Below are positions 39,143-47,480 of a stretch of 64,000 nucleotides of DNA, piece after piece. Position 1 is the first letter of the stretch, and each line of letters starts with the position of its first letter. The stretch covers positions 6,030 to 70,029 of the forward strand of contig JBFHIZ010000001.1 in the NCBI GenBank assembly GCA_041596215.1, written 5' to 3'. A program made the translations under genes and the position numbers. The notes under the pieces are model-generated. The model did not search any database. It was not told the origin of the DNA and saw only the letters and a list, made by a program, of their open reading frames with translations. Source of the DNA: Lachnospiraceae bacterium (GTDB taxonomy: Bacteria > Bacillota > Clostridia > Lachnospirales > Lachnospiraceae).

Positions 39143-39427
39143 ATGATGAAAATGAATCTTCAATTTTTCGCCCATAAAAAAGGAGTTGGTTCTACTAAAA
39201 ATGGTAGAGATTCCGAATCAAAAAGACTAGGTGCGAAGAGAGCAGATGGACAATTCGTAAAAGCAGGCAACATTCTATATAGACAACGTGGAACTAAAAT
39301 TCATCCAGGCGTAAACGTAGGCCGTGGTGGAGATGACACTCTATTTGCATTAATAGATGGAGTCGTTCGCTTCGAAAGAAAAGGCAGAGACAAAAAACAA
39401 GCTTCTGTTTATCCTTTAGAAAAATAA
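39143..39427 (+). CDS. rpmA: 50S ribosomal protein L27 with N-terminal propeptide
   Basis: M(M)KMNLQFFA|[14 protein letters not shown]. The propeptide ending in FFA is the Prp cleavage context known from Firmicutes. Confidence 0.9.
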   Translation: MMKMNLQFFAHKKGVGSTKNGRDSESKRLGAKRADGQFVKAGNILYRQRGTKIHPGVNVGRGGDDTLFALIDGVVRFERKGRDKKQASVYPLEK

Positions 39428-39440
39428 CGAATGAATAATC

Positions 39441-39472
39441 GGGCCTCAAACTTAGTTTGAGGCTCATTTTTT
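39441..39472 (+). terminator. Rho-independent terminator after rpmA
   Basis: GGGCCTCAAAC / TTA / GTTTGAGGCTC followed by ATTTTTT. Confidence 0.8.
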
Positions 39473-39507
39473 CATTATTAACTATTCTTTATCAATCAAC
39501 TTTATAA

Positions 39508-40821
<1,314 letters not shown>

Positions 40822-40859
40822 AGCAACTGCAATTCTCATGCAATGGAGGGAACTAATCT

Positions 40860-41153
40860 ATGACAAGCAAACAACGTGCTTACTTAAGAAGCTTAGCACA
40901 AACCACAGAACCAATCATGCAAATCGGAAAACAAAGCATTACCCCTGAAATTACAAACGCTGTTTCCGAATGTTTTCATACGCATGAACTTATTAAAATA
41001 TCCGTTTTAAAGAACTGTTTTGATGATCCAAAAGAAATTGGTAATAAACTTGCCGAACGTACGCATGCAACACTTGTACATGTAATTGGCAAAAAAATTG
41101 TACTTTATAAACCATTCAAAGAAAATCCTATCATTATATTACCAAAAAAATAA
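40860..41153 (+). CDS. yhbY: Ribosome assembly RNA-binding protein YhbY (CRM domain)
   Basis: LTSKQRAYLRSLAQ...IMQIGKQSIT...ELIKISVL. Confidence 0.8.
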   Translation: MTSKQRAYLRSLAQTTEPIMQIGKQSITPEITNAVSECFHTHELIKISVLKNCFDDPKEIGNKLAERTHATLVHVIGKKIVLYKPFKENPIIILPKK

Positions 41154-41165
41154 GAAAGGGCACCA

Positions 41166-41756
41166 ATGAAAATAGGTCTATTTGGAGGAACATTTGATCC
41201 CATACATAATGCGCATTTAAATTTAGCTTCCAAAATTTCAAAGGAATTTTCTCTTGATAAAATCATTTTTATACCGAGTGGTAAATCATACTTTAAAAAT
41301 AAAGTAACAGATAAATGGGTACGTTATCAAATGGTAAAACTTGCAATTGCTTCATATCCAAACTTTGAATTATCCAATATAGAAACAAAAAGAATCGGTA
41401 ATTCTTATGCGTGCGATACAATAAAAGCGTTTAAAAAAAATTATCCAGACCAAAACTTTTATTGGATTATGGGGAGTGATTCTTTTTTAGAGCTTTCCTC
41501 ATGGAAAAACTATACTTATATACTAAAAGAAATTTCTATTATCGTATATATGAGACCGGGCGATGATTTCGCTTATATCCATTACCTTTCTGACCAATAT
41601 CATAAAACCTATCAGGCATCGATTTCTATTGTTGAAAACACCAAATATGAGGTTTCTTCATCAGAAATCAGAGATGGTCTTCATGATAATCATTATATAT
41701 CCGATGATTTACCAAAAGTTGTAGATGACTATATCAAAAATAATCATGTGTATTAG
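41166..41756 (+). CDS. nadD: Nicotinate-nucleotide adenylyltransferase
   Basis: GLFGGTFDPIHNAHL, and SSSEIR near the C-terminus. Confidence 0.85.
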   Translation: MKIGLFGGTFDPIHNAHLNLASKISKEFSLDKIIFIPSGKSYFKNKVTDKWVRYQMVKLAIASYPNFELSNIETKRIGNSYACDTIKAFKKNYPDQNFYWIMGSDSFLELSSWKNYTYILKEISIIVYMRPGDDFAYIHYLSDQYHKTYQASISIVENTKYEVSSSEIRDGLHDNHYISDDLPKVVDDYIKNNHVY

Positions 41757-41765
41757 GAGTATTAT

Positions 41766-42341
41766 ATGAACCAAGAAGAAATTGAACTTGATTTAAAAAC
41801 AAAACTGTCCACTGCTCGTTATCATCATATTCTAGGTGTATCTGCAGCAGCCGCAAACTTAGCAATTAACTACACATACAATGTACGTTCTGCTATTCTT
41901 GCAGGTTTATTACATGACTGTGCAAAATGGATGAAACCTGAAGATATGCTTCAATATTGTAAAGATAACAATATCCAAATTTCTGAAATTGAAGAACAAA
42001 GTCCAACCTTGTTACATGGTAAAATTGGCGCAGACCTTGCGAAAAAAAAATATCATATTGAAGACCCTGAAATTTTACAGGCGATTATTTATCATACAAC
42101 AGGCCGTCCTGATATGACAATCCTTGATAAAATCATATATATTGCTGATTATATTGAACCAAATAGAAAAATGATAAAAGGATTATCCCAGATTAAAAAG
42201 ACTGCTTATATTGATTTGGATCAAACCATTTGTATGATTTCTAAAGATACCTTAGAATATTTAAAAAAAAGGCAAAAGATTATTGATCCCTTAACAAAAG
42301 AAACCTATGAATACTATAAGGAGAATTTTACATGTCATTAG
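41766..42341 (+). CDS. yqeK: HD-domain bis(5'-nucleosyl)-tetraphosphatase YqeK
   Basis: RYHHILGV, LLHDCAK, and YHTTGRPDMT. Standard nadD-yqeK-rsfS order. Confidence 0.8.
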   Translation: MNQEEIELDLKTKLSTARYHHILGVSAAAANLAINYTYNVRSAILAGLLHDCAKWMKPEDMLQYCKDNNIQISEIEEQSPTLLHGKIGADLAKKKYHIEDPEILQAIIYHTTGRPDMTILDKIIYIADYIEPNRKMIKGLSQIKKTAYIDLDQTICMISKDTLEYLKKRQKIIDPLTKETYEYYKENFTCH

Positions 42342-42676
42342 AAAAAAAAATGCTACAAACAATCATTACTTCATTAGAAGATAAGAAAGCAGAAGATATA
42401 AAAACCATTGATATTTCTACTATTTGTTCCTTTTCGAATTATTTTATCATTGCGAATGGTACAAATAATAATCAGGTACAAGCCATGGCAGATACCATTG
42501 AAGAAAATCTAAAACCACTTTACAAAGAAGAACACAAAGTAGAAGGATATCAAAAAGCAAACTGGATACTTTTAGATTATGGAAATATAATTATTCATTT
42601 ATTTGATCGCGATAGTCGAGATTTTTATAAACTTGAAAAAATGTGGAAAGATGGCAAAATTATCACCACTCCTTAA
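42332..42676 (+). CDS. rsfS: Ribosome silencing factor RsfS
   Basis: LEDKKAEDIKTIDIS...FIIANGTNNNQVQAMAD...WILLDYGNIIIHLF. Confidence 0.85.
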   Translation: MSLEKKMLQTIITSLEDKKAEDIKTIDISTICSFSNYFIIANGTNNNQVQAMADTIEENLKPLYKEEHKVEGYQKANWILLDYGNIIIHLFDRDSRDFYKLEKMWKDGKIITTP

Positions 42677-42692
42677 TGCTTTCAAATATTAT

Positions 42693-42735
42693 GGTAATAA
42701 AAAAAAACAATCGTAAGATTGTTTTTTTTATTACC
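42693..42735. terminator. Bidirectional rho-independent terminator
   Basis: GGTAATAAAAAAAAACAATC / GTAA / GATTGTTTTTTTTATTACC between rsfS (+) and lexA (-). Confidence 0.75.
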
Positions 42736-43348
42736 GCATATATCGAAAAACACCAAATACTTTTCCTAAAATACGAACATCTTTTACTAATATTGGATCC
42801 ATAGAATCATTTTCTGGTTGTAACCGAATATAATCTTTTTCCTTGTAAAAAGTTTTTACTGTAGCTGAATCATCAATCAATGCAACGACCATATCTCCAT
42901 TTCTAGCATCACATGTTTGTTCTACAAAAATTTGATCCCCATCAAAAATACCAGCATTTATCATGCTTTCACCTTTGACTTTTAACACAAAACAGTGTGC
43001 ATTTGGAGCCATATCCATAGGAATGGGAAAGTATCCATCAATATTTTCTTGTGCAAGTATTGGCTGACCAGCAGCAACCGTTCCTATAATAGGAATACTT
43101 GTTGTTTCACTTCGTAATAGTTGAAAACTATCATCAATAATTTCAATAGCTCTTGGCTTCGTTGGATCACGACGAATATATCCATTTTTTTCTAAGGTTT
43201 CTAAATGAGAGTGAACACTTGAAGTCGATTTCAAATTCACTGCATTGCAAATTTCTCTAACCGATGGTGGATACCCTTTACTAAAAATTTCTTCTTTCAT
43301 ATATTCTAAAATATCACGCTGTTTATTCGTTATTTTCTTTTGCTCCAT
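42731..43348 (-). CDS. lexA: SOS repressor LexA
   Basis: The ATG at 43348 follows GGAGGG (205 aa). w[16 protein letters not shown], cleavage site VAAGQP, catalytic GESM...K. The listed 262-aa ORF is an upstream overextension. Confidence 0.9.
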   Translation of the reverse strand: MEQKKITNKQRDILEYMKEEIFSKGYPPSVREICNAVNLKSTSSVHSHLETLEKNGYIRRDPTKPRAIEIIDDSFQLLRSETTSIPIIGTVAAGQPILAQENIDGYFPIPMDMAPNAHCFVLKVKGESMINAGIFDGDQIFVEQTCDARNGDMVVALIDDSATVKTFYKEKDYIRLQPENDSMDPILVKDVRILGKVFGVFRYMR

Positions 43349-43396
43349 AAATATCTCCCTCCATATTATAATATGAATTAACTTTACCATAAAAAT

Positions 43397-43463
43397 TATC
43401 AAAAAGCAAACATATATTCTGTTTATTTTTTTTAAAAAAAGAAAGTATGTTTGCTTTTTGATA
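43397..43463. repeat. 18-bp perfect inverted repeat upstream of lexA
   Basis: TATCAAAAAGCAAACATA (43397-43414) and TATGTTTGCTTTTTGATA (43446-43463), separated by 31 AT-rich nt. Each arm abuts a degenerate GAAC-N4-GTTC-like box. Confidence 0.8.
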
Positions 43464-43504
43464 GAAAAACAGCACAAATATCTATATATATGTAAAATAC
43501 CCCC

Positions 43505-43534
43505 TTGACATAAGAACACTTGTTCTTGTATAAT
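43505..43534 (+). promoter_or_regulatory. Consensus sigma-A promoter of the yneA-like gene with an embedded SOS box
   Basis: TTGACA (43505-43510), 17-nt spacer, TATAAT (43529-43534). The spacer contains GAACACTTGTTC. Confidence 0.75.
43514..43525. promoter_or_regulatory. LexA operator (Cheo/SOS box) 1
   Basis: GAAC-ACTT-GTTC, a perfect core palindrome inside the promoter spacer. Confidence 0.75.
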
Positions 43535-43543
43535 CTATTTACA

Positions 43544-43555
43544 GAACAGATGTTC
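43544..43555. promoter_or_regulatory. LexA operator (Cheo/SOS box) 2
   Basis: GAAC-AGAT-GTTC, just downstream of the -10. A third weaker copy, TATC-ATAT-GTTC, lies at 43557-43568. Confidence 0.7.
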
Positions 43556-43587
43556 GTATCATATGTTCTGTTTAAGGAGGTAACAAA

Positions 43588-43977
43588 ATGAATTCAAATA
43601 ATACCGTATCACCACAAACTTTATATCGAAAAAGAAGTATTCAAAAACAAAAAAGAAGAGAAGCACAACTGAGAGGAAGGCTTTTCCTTATTGCTCTTAT
43701 TATAAGCATTCTTTTTGTTCTTTCCGGAATTTTTGGAACCTATTTTGCAAAAGCACAATCAACTGAAGAATTAACGAATTATAAATATTATACACAAATC
43801 ACTATTTCCTATGGAGAAAATTTATCAACCATAGCAGAAGAGTATATGGGAAAAGAGTATCCATCCATGCAATCCTATATTGACGAAATATGCTCGATTA
43901 ATAACATTGATAATCCCGATTCTATTTTAGAAGGGCAAACAATTATTGTTCCTTATTATTCAACAGAATTAAAATAA
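43588..43977 (+). CDS. yneA: YneA-like SOS-induced LysM protein (putative cell division inhibitor)
   Basis: Divergent from lexA. One N-terminal TM segment, then a C-terminal LysM domain (YTQITISYGENLSTIAEEY...GQTIIVPY). Same architecture and position as B. subtilis yneA. Confidence 0.65.
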   Translation: MNSNNTVSPQTLYRKRSIQKQKRREAQLRGRLFLIALIISILFVLSGIFGTYFAKAQSTEELTNYKYYTQITISYGENLSTIAEEYMGKEYPSMQSYIDEICSINNIDNPDSILEGQTIIVPYYSTELK

Positions 43978-43984
43978 TATTATT

Positions 43985-45067
43985 TTATTCTGACGGGTTT
44001 TCGGGTTCTTTATCTTCACGTAAATGTACAATGGAAGCAGCTCGTCTACGATTTGCGTCATCTTGAGCTGCATAGTGTTTTTTGGTTGTATTTACATCCT
44101 TATGTCCCAAAACATCGGCTACCAAGTAAATATCGCCTGTTTCACGGTATAGACTGGTTCCATAAGTACTTCGTAACTTATGAGGTGTTATTTTTTTTAA
44201 ACTTGTAATATTTGATGCATATTTTTTAACTAGTTTTTCAATGGATCGAACTGCTAACCTTTGATTTTGCAAAGATAAAAACAAAGCATTTTCATGTCCT
44301 GTTTGTGGAATTATTTTCTTTCTTTCTTCTAGATAATCTAGTAATGCCTTTTCTACTTCCTTCCCAAAATAAACGATGGATTCATAACCACCTTTTCGGA
44401 TAATTTTTATTCCATTAGAATGAAAATCAATATCCTCAATATCTAAACCAACACATTCCGATACACGTATTCCAGTTCCAAGTAGAAGAGTAAGTAGTGC
44501 CAAATCTCTTTTTTTTGTTTTCTTATGAAAGCGTAGCTGATTTTTTGTTAAATTTGTACCATTTTCTACTAAATTTAAAAGTCTAACCACTTCTTCTTGC
44601 TCTAGTCGAATAATTTCTTTTTCATGTAATTTTGGCATTGGAACGAGAGCAGCCACATTTTTTTCTATTTTTTCACAAAGAAAAAAATATTTATAAAAAG
44701 TACGTAAACTAGCTAATTTTCTGCTTTTACCACGTTCATCATTTGTTATTTCATTTCCATCTTTTTCGTATACCGTTAGGTATTCCAGGTATTCCTCAAT
44801 ATCTTCTCTGGTTAATTGATCCAACAAGGACAGTTTATATTCGGTGATTTTCATTTTATGACAAAATGGATTTGTTTCATGCAAAAAATCAAAAAAAACA
44901 TGTAAATCATAAGCGTACGCCAATTGTGTACGAATTTCCGTTGTTTCACGAATTCCTCGAAAAAATTCCTTACAAAAAGGGGGGAGTAATGCTAATGTTT
45001 CTCTTAAACGTTTTGTATTCTCTATTTTCATTTTTTGATGATATGTTTTATTATTTTCTTCTTTCAT
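43985..45067 (-). CDS. Xer-family tyrosine recombinase
   Basis: Catalytic pattern GTGIRVSE (R), HKLRSTYG (HxxR), LGHKDVNTTKKHY (H...Y). 360 aa with a long N-terminal core-binding region. No phage or ICE genes nearby. Confidence 0.7.
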   Translation of the reverse strand: MKEENNKTYHQKMKIENTKRLRETLALLPPFCKEFFRGIRETTEIRTQLAYAYDLHVFFDFLHETNPFCHKMKITEYKLSLLDQLTREDIEEYLEYLTVYEKDGNEITNDERGKSRKLASLRTFYKYFFLCEKIEKNVAALVPMPKLHEKEIIRLEQEEVVRLLNLVENGTNLTKNQLRFHKKTKKRDLALLTLLLGTGIRVSECVGLDIEDIDFHSNGIKIIRKGGYESIVYFGKEVEKALLDYLEERKKIIPQTGHENALFLSLQNQRLAVRSIEKLVKKYASNITSLKKITPHKLRSTYGTSLYRETGDIYLVADVLGHKDVNTTKKHYAAQDDANRRRAASIVHLREDKEPENPSE

Positions 45068-45084
45068 AAATTCCTCTGCAATTC

Positions 45085-45819
45085 CTATCTTTGTCTATCT
45101 ATTTTCATTGGCCATCCTTTAATATTTCCATTTAAAATAGCTGTAAACATACGTTCCATTGTTCCGGGATTCTCTATATTCAGTTCTTTTAATAACTCTT
45201 TAACATATTGTCTTTTTGTATATCCATCCACTGGACATTGACTTTTTGCAATTTTCATATCATACATGCGAATAAATCCAATAATGTCAATTTCTTTTAC
45301 ATACATTAATGGTCGAATAACCGTGATATCCATTCGATCCAAATATGTTTTTGGTGAAAAACTATGAAATCTACCTTCAAAAATTAAAGAAAGCATCATT
45401 GTTTCAATAATATCATCTTTATGATGTCCATAAGCCACTTTGTTGCATCCCATTTTTTTAATTTCATCATTTAACGCTCCCTTTCGCATCTTTGCACAAA
45501 GAGAGCAGGGGGAACCCTCCTTACGTTCTTTAAACACGATATCCGCAATTTGAGAAGTAACTAATTTATATGGAACTTCTAATTCTTTACATAAAGTTTC
45601 TATCACTTTAAAATCTTGGTTTGCAAAACCCAAATCAATTGTAATTGCATATAATTCAAATCTTTTTGGATAGAATCGTTGCAAACCTTTTAATGCATGT
45701 AACAATGCAATGGAATCTTTACCACCTGATATACCTACTGCAATTTTATCGCCTTCTTCAATCATTCCATAATCATCCACAGCTTTTCTAACAAAACTCA
45801 TTAATCGTTGTTTTTTCAT
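45085..45819 (-). CDS. ttcA: PP-loop ATPase, TtcA-like tRNA thiolation enzyme
   Basis: SGGKDS PP-loop, CSLCAKMRKG, and a C-terminal CPVDG Cys. Confidence 0.65.
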   Translation of the reverse strand: MKKQRLMSFVRKAVDDYGMIEEGDKIAVGISGGKDSIALLHALKGLQRFYPKRFELYAITIDLGFANQDFKVIETLCKELEVPYKLVTSQIADIVFKERKEGSPCSLCAKMRKGALNDEIKKMGCNKVAYGHHKDDIIETMMLSLIFEGRFHSFSPKTYLDRMDITVIRPLMYVKEIDIIGFIRMYDMKIAKSQCPVDGYTKRQYVKELLKELNIENPGTMERMFTAILNGNIKGWPMKIDRQR

Positions 45820-45852
45820 TTATTTCTCCAAATCTTTTTCTTTTCTTCTTTA

Positions 45853-45881
45853 TTGCAAAATTCCAATTCCTATTATACAAT
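45853..45881 (+). promoter_or_regulatory. Candidate sigma-A promoter
   Basis: TTGCAA, 17-nt spacer, TACAAT, upstream of the AI-2E-family gene. Confidence 0.45.
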
Positions 45882-45927
45882 AAAACAGACGATTATAACA
45901 ATAATGAAAAGATATTGGAGGATTACT

Positions 45928-47298
45928 ATGAAATTCAGGTGGGACAAAAAATACCTATATTGGGGCATTACAATTTTTTTAACCATAGTAGCTTCTTTAC
46001 TGTTTTATTATCTTTTGTTTTTTGGAAATTCCTTTCATGACTGGATTTCTAAAATTTTATTAATTTTATCGCCTATAATATATGGGTTATCCTTTGCGTT
46101 TATTTTAACGCCATTATTAAATGCATTAGAAAACAAACTAATTGCCCCTATACTAAAAAAAATCAGAAAAGAAAAAGCAAAAATAGAAGAGCATAAGAAG
46201 AGTATCCGAGCACTTTCAATTTTCATTACTTTTATCATAATCATTTTTATTATATATCAGTTAATTAATCTTATTATTCCCCAGATTATAACAAGTATTA
46301 CTAGCATTGTTAATTCCTTTGATATCTATATGAGTAATTTATATCTTTGGTTAGAAGATTTATTAGATAATTCCTCTGTTGCTGGAACATATATTATGGA
46401 TACCTTGACAGATTCTTCCGATAGTTTAGAAATGTTTTTAAATTCTAAAATATTACCTTTGATACAACCCTTACTTAAAAATTTATCCATTGGGCTTTTA
46501 TCTTTTTTAAAATCCTTTTGGAATATCATATTAGGGTTAATATTTGCAATCTATTTATTAGCAAATAAAGAAACCTTTGCTGGCCAGTCTAAAAAAATAA
46601 TCTATGCAATTTTTACAAAGAAAAGAGCGAACACATTTATTAAAAGTATTCGTTATACTGGAAACACTTTCAATGGATTCCTTAGTGGGAAGTTGGTCGA
46701 TTCTTTAATTATAGGCTTATTATGTTTCATTGGAACAACACTGTTAAATATACCATATCCAATATTAATTAGTGTAATTATTGGTATTACAAATATCATA
46801 CCATTCTTTGGACCATATTTAGGTGCAATACCAAGTGCTTTATTAATACTTATGGTAAGTCCAATTCACTGTCTATACTTTGTTGTTTTCATTATTCTAT
46901 TACAACAATTGGATGGAAATGTCATAGGACCTAAAATTCTTGGCGAATCGACTGGTTTAACTGGCTTTTGGGTGTTATTCTCAATCACTGTTTTTGGTGG
47001 CTTATTTGGCGTATTTGGCATGGTAATTGGTGTTCCAACTTTTGCTGTTATTTATGCACTTATTCGCAATATTATTCATGCAATGTTAAAAAAGAAAAAC
47101 ATGCCATTAAACACGAGAGAGTACATCTTTGTAGATTATGTATCATCGGATTTGCAATTTATTCCTTTAGAACCAAATTCACATAAAAGCAATAAACGTA
47201 AAAGTTCCTTTTTAAAATTTATTGCTTTTCTTAAAGAAAAAAGAAAACAGATCAAAAGAAAACGAAAAGATAAAATAGATCGTAAAAATAATTCTTGA
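45928..47298 (+). CDS. AI-2E family (PerM/UPF0118) transporter
   Basis: The ATG at 45928 follows GGAGG. Polytopic, with ITNIIPFFGPYLGAIP and LQQLDGNVIGPKILG motifs. The listed 45808 start overlaps ttcA. Confidence 0.75.
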   Translation: MKFRWDKKYLYWGITIFLTIVASLLFYYLLFFGNSFHDWISKILLILSPIIYGLSFAFILTPLLNALENKLIAPILKKIRKEKAKIEEHKKSIRALSIFITFIIIIFIIYQLINLIIPQIITSITSIVNSFDIYMSNLYLWLEDLLDNSSVAGTYIMDTLTDSSDSLEMFLNSKILPLIQPLLKNLSIGLLSFLKSFWNIILGLIFAIYLLANKETFAGQSKKIIYAIFTKKRANTFIKSIRYTGNTFNGFLSGKLVDSLIIGLLCFIGTTLLNIPYPILISVIIGITNIIPFFGPYLGAIPSALLILMVSPIHCLYFVVFIILLQQLDGNVIGPKILGESTGLTGFWVLFSITVFGGLFGVFGMVIGVPTFAVIYALIRNIIHAMLKKKNMPLNTREYIFVDYVSSDLQFIPLEPNSHKSNKRKSSFLKFIAFLKEKRKQIKRKRKDKIDRKNNS

Positions 47299-47311
47299 TC
47301 CGATAACAATT

Positions 47312-47348
47312 AAAAATAGATGACACCTTAATGGTGTCATCTATTTTT
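47312..47348. terminator. Bidirectional rho-independent terminator
   Basis: AAAAATAGATGACACC / TTAAT / GGTGTCATCTATTTTT. Confidence 0.8.
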
Positions 47349-47421
47349 AATGCTAAAAAGCCTAAAAACATGCAATGAATGAATATCGTTTATAGGAATA
47401 GTCACATCATAGATTTAACTC

Positions 47422-47457
47422 CATCTATTCGTTAAACTTGTCTTTTGCGAATAGATG
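47422..47457 (-). other. Hairpin downstream of the ArAE-HAD gene
   Basis: CATCTATTCG / 16-nt loop / CGAATAGATG. No U-tail on the - strand. The stem shares the octamer AATAGATG with the terminator at 47312. Confidence 0.4.
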
Positions 47458-47480
47458 AATCTATCTTTCTGCTATTACTT

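Noticed and set aside
43471-43498. dif-like sequence ending ATATGTAAAAT near the lexA promoter
   Set aside because: The right arm matches at 9 of 11 but the left arm at about 4 of 11. It lies in a promoter region, so it is most likely coincidental AT-rich sequence.
43349-43519. N-terminal 57-residue extension of the listed LexA ORF
   Set aside because: The extension is hydrophobic nonsense running through the promoter and operator region. A strong GGAGGG RBS precedes the ATG at 43348, which gives a standard 205-aa LexA.
43985-45067. The tyrosine recombinase as a marker of a prophage, ICE or transposon
   Set aside because: The flanking genes are core (lexA, ttcA-like, AI-2E transporter). I see no phage, conjugation or transposase genes, no tRNA target, and no flanking direct repeats. 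It looks like a chromosomal Xer-type gene, 17 nt downstream of ttcA and probably co-transcribed.
45808-45927. N-terminal extension of the AI-2E transporter ORF overlapping ttcA
   Set aside because: There is no RBS, and it crosses a divergent promoter region. The ATG at 45928 has GGAGG and begins the first TM segment.
47411-47438. dif-like 28-mer AGATTTAACTC CATCTA TTCGTTAAACT at the convergence point
   Set aside because: The right arm matches the Firmicutes XerD-arm consensus (TTATGTWAACT) at 8 of 11 positions. The left arm matches at only about 4 of 11. That level is expected by chance in AT-rich DNA.
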